A DNA stretch of 64,000 bases from Chrysomallon squamiferum (taxonomy: Eukaryota; Animalia; Mollusca). Both the position numbers and the translations under genes were made by a program. The notes beneath the pieces are model-generated. The model searched no databases and was not told the origin of the DNA. It saw nothing but the letters and a program-made list of their open reading frames with translations. The DNA lies in contig CM022669.1 of NCBI GenBank assembly GCA_012295275.1, forward strand, positions 16,368,001 to 16,432,000. The letters run 5' to 3'. This document shows positions 62,451-64,000 of this stretch, in pieces. The first letter of the stretch is position 1. The number at the start of each line of letters is the position of its first letter.

Positions 62451-63330
62451 ACTTACAATGTTTTGTATTATATTCACAACAGTGAGACACTATTATATTG
62501 TATTAAAACGCAATATAACATTGGTATGTTGTATAAACACACATGATGACATTACTAACGCTGTATCAAAACTCTGTTATTTGTAACAAATAAAACCATG
62601 AATTCCCCGAAACCTCCATTAAATTACAAATTCCGGACCTCGTAATCATTTGATCTTTCTCGATAATTGTTTGTTTATTAGGATATGTCTGCTTACGTAC
62701 AGACAGCTGAACCAAAAATGGCAGAAAACCGCCGTCGAAAATAGCTCCTTAACCTTTTTCCGAGACGGTGATTTCATTATTTATTTAAAATCAATTAACT
62801 GAAACATTTTCATCCGCATGGTTCGGATGTAGAGGAATTTATACTGACCAAGCATTAAAGGCACAGTGATTAGCTTTCTGTCATCAGCTGTCAAGATGTT
62901 TGGTGTTTCAGATACGAAATTTTCAAAAAAAAAAAAAAAAAAAAAAAAAAAATTATCGTCAGATCTTTTGTAAAAATTTCGTGCAGTAAGGAAGGTTCAT
63001 ATTTTTTAACATTTTTTAAAATTATTATTATTATTATTTTTTTTTTTTGTCATCCTTTAACACTACAAATGAAGAGGTAACTGCTCACAAACAGCTTACA
63101 ACGAAGTAATTATCCTCTGAGCCTAGTGTGTTATTAAAATCAATTAGTTAAGACCCGGTCATCTTAAAACTTTGCTTGCGATTTTGCTGTTAGCTAATTC
63201 TATACCGTATTTCAAAATCCTAACGAGCTGGAAATTTAAAAAAAAAAATTAAAAAAAAAAAAATAAAAATAATAATAAATAAATAAATAAATAAAATACC
63301 GTTAAATATACTTTATATATATTTATTTAG

Positions 63331-63381
<51 letters not shown>

Positions 63382-64000
63382 TTATATTGTTGTGGTTGTT
63401 GTTGTTTTTACTTCTATCGATGTGTCAATAAGCACTAATCAAAACATATACAAGGTTAAAAGAATTTAATGCCAGTTTTTTTTTTTTTTTTTTTTTTTTA
63501 TCATTATAATCACTAATTGATAATGGGTATCAGATATTTCTGTTTTCCTCGCCGTCCTTACCTGATACTTCAAGCATAAGAATAAACATCAATCATCGTG
63601 TAAAAATGACTATGCTAGTACAAGAGAAATAAGTGCGATGTTTTTCTTAAGAAAACAGGTGAAAGAAAGCAGTCTGAAGCATCTGCTGTGTACAGATGTT
63701 TTCTTTAATTACGAGTGTAAGTTTATATGTAGCTGTGTCATGCTGTGTATGTGTATTGTATATGCATGCATATGTGTATGTATGTATGTATGTATGAATG
63801 TATGTATGTTAGTATATATATATATATATATATATATTTATGTATGTCTGTATGAATGTATGTATCTGTAAACACATAAGTGTATTAATGTTGTTATATT
63901 ATGTACGTATGAATGAATGTATATATATATAGATATGTGTGTGTTTGCGTGCGCGCATTCATGTATATATTACATATATCTATTTATGTTTGTATGTATG

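Noticed and set aside
59758-62490. Long F/Y/L/T-rich minus-strand ORFs (up to 280 aa) resembling membrane proteins or edited kinetoplastid genes
   Set aside because: Pure translation of the (TTTAC/TTTTA)n satellite.
62855-63060. TTAA-AGG ... CCT-TTAA, resembling Kolobok-type termini
   Set aside because: The inverted match does not extend beyond 3 bp inside the TTAA.

Overview
AT-rich, microsatellite-dense animal genomic DNA (the protein sequences suggest a lophotrochozoan, possibly a mollusc; this is inference). Five spliced protein-coding genes can be rebuilt with consistent intron phases. (1) WDR93-like ciliary gene (+, 308-12909, about 18 exons, including two lysine/arginine-rich microexons and a GC-AG last intron). 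(2) An uncharacterised two-exon 186-aa gene (+, 21749-28872) with motifs reminiscent of axonemal proteins. (3) Copper amine oxidase paralog A (+, 32531-36108). (4) Nicalin (-, 47804-38999, 14 coding exons, plus a downstream exon that could give an alternative C-terminus). (5) Copper amine oxidase paralog B (-, 52787-49832). A possible PEX11 start runs off the left edge head-to-head with WDR93. Mobile DNA includes an internally deleted L1/Tx1-like LINE relic, a 783-bp Tc1/mariner-type non-autonomous element with TIRs and TA duplication inside nicalin, and small RTE-like and tRNA-SINE-like relics. A 2.7-kb (GTAAA/AAAAT)-type satellite lies at 59.8-62.45 kb. Most other ORFs in the supplied track are microsatellite artefacts. 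I see no clear new multi-gene system. The best leads are the nicalin alternative tail, the 186-aa gene, the amine oxidase pair and the PEX11-WDR93 linkage. All family assignments are from recalled motifs, not database searches.
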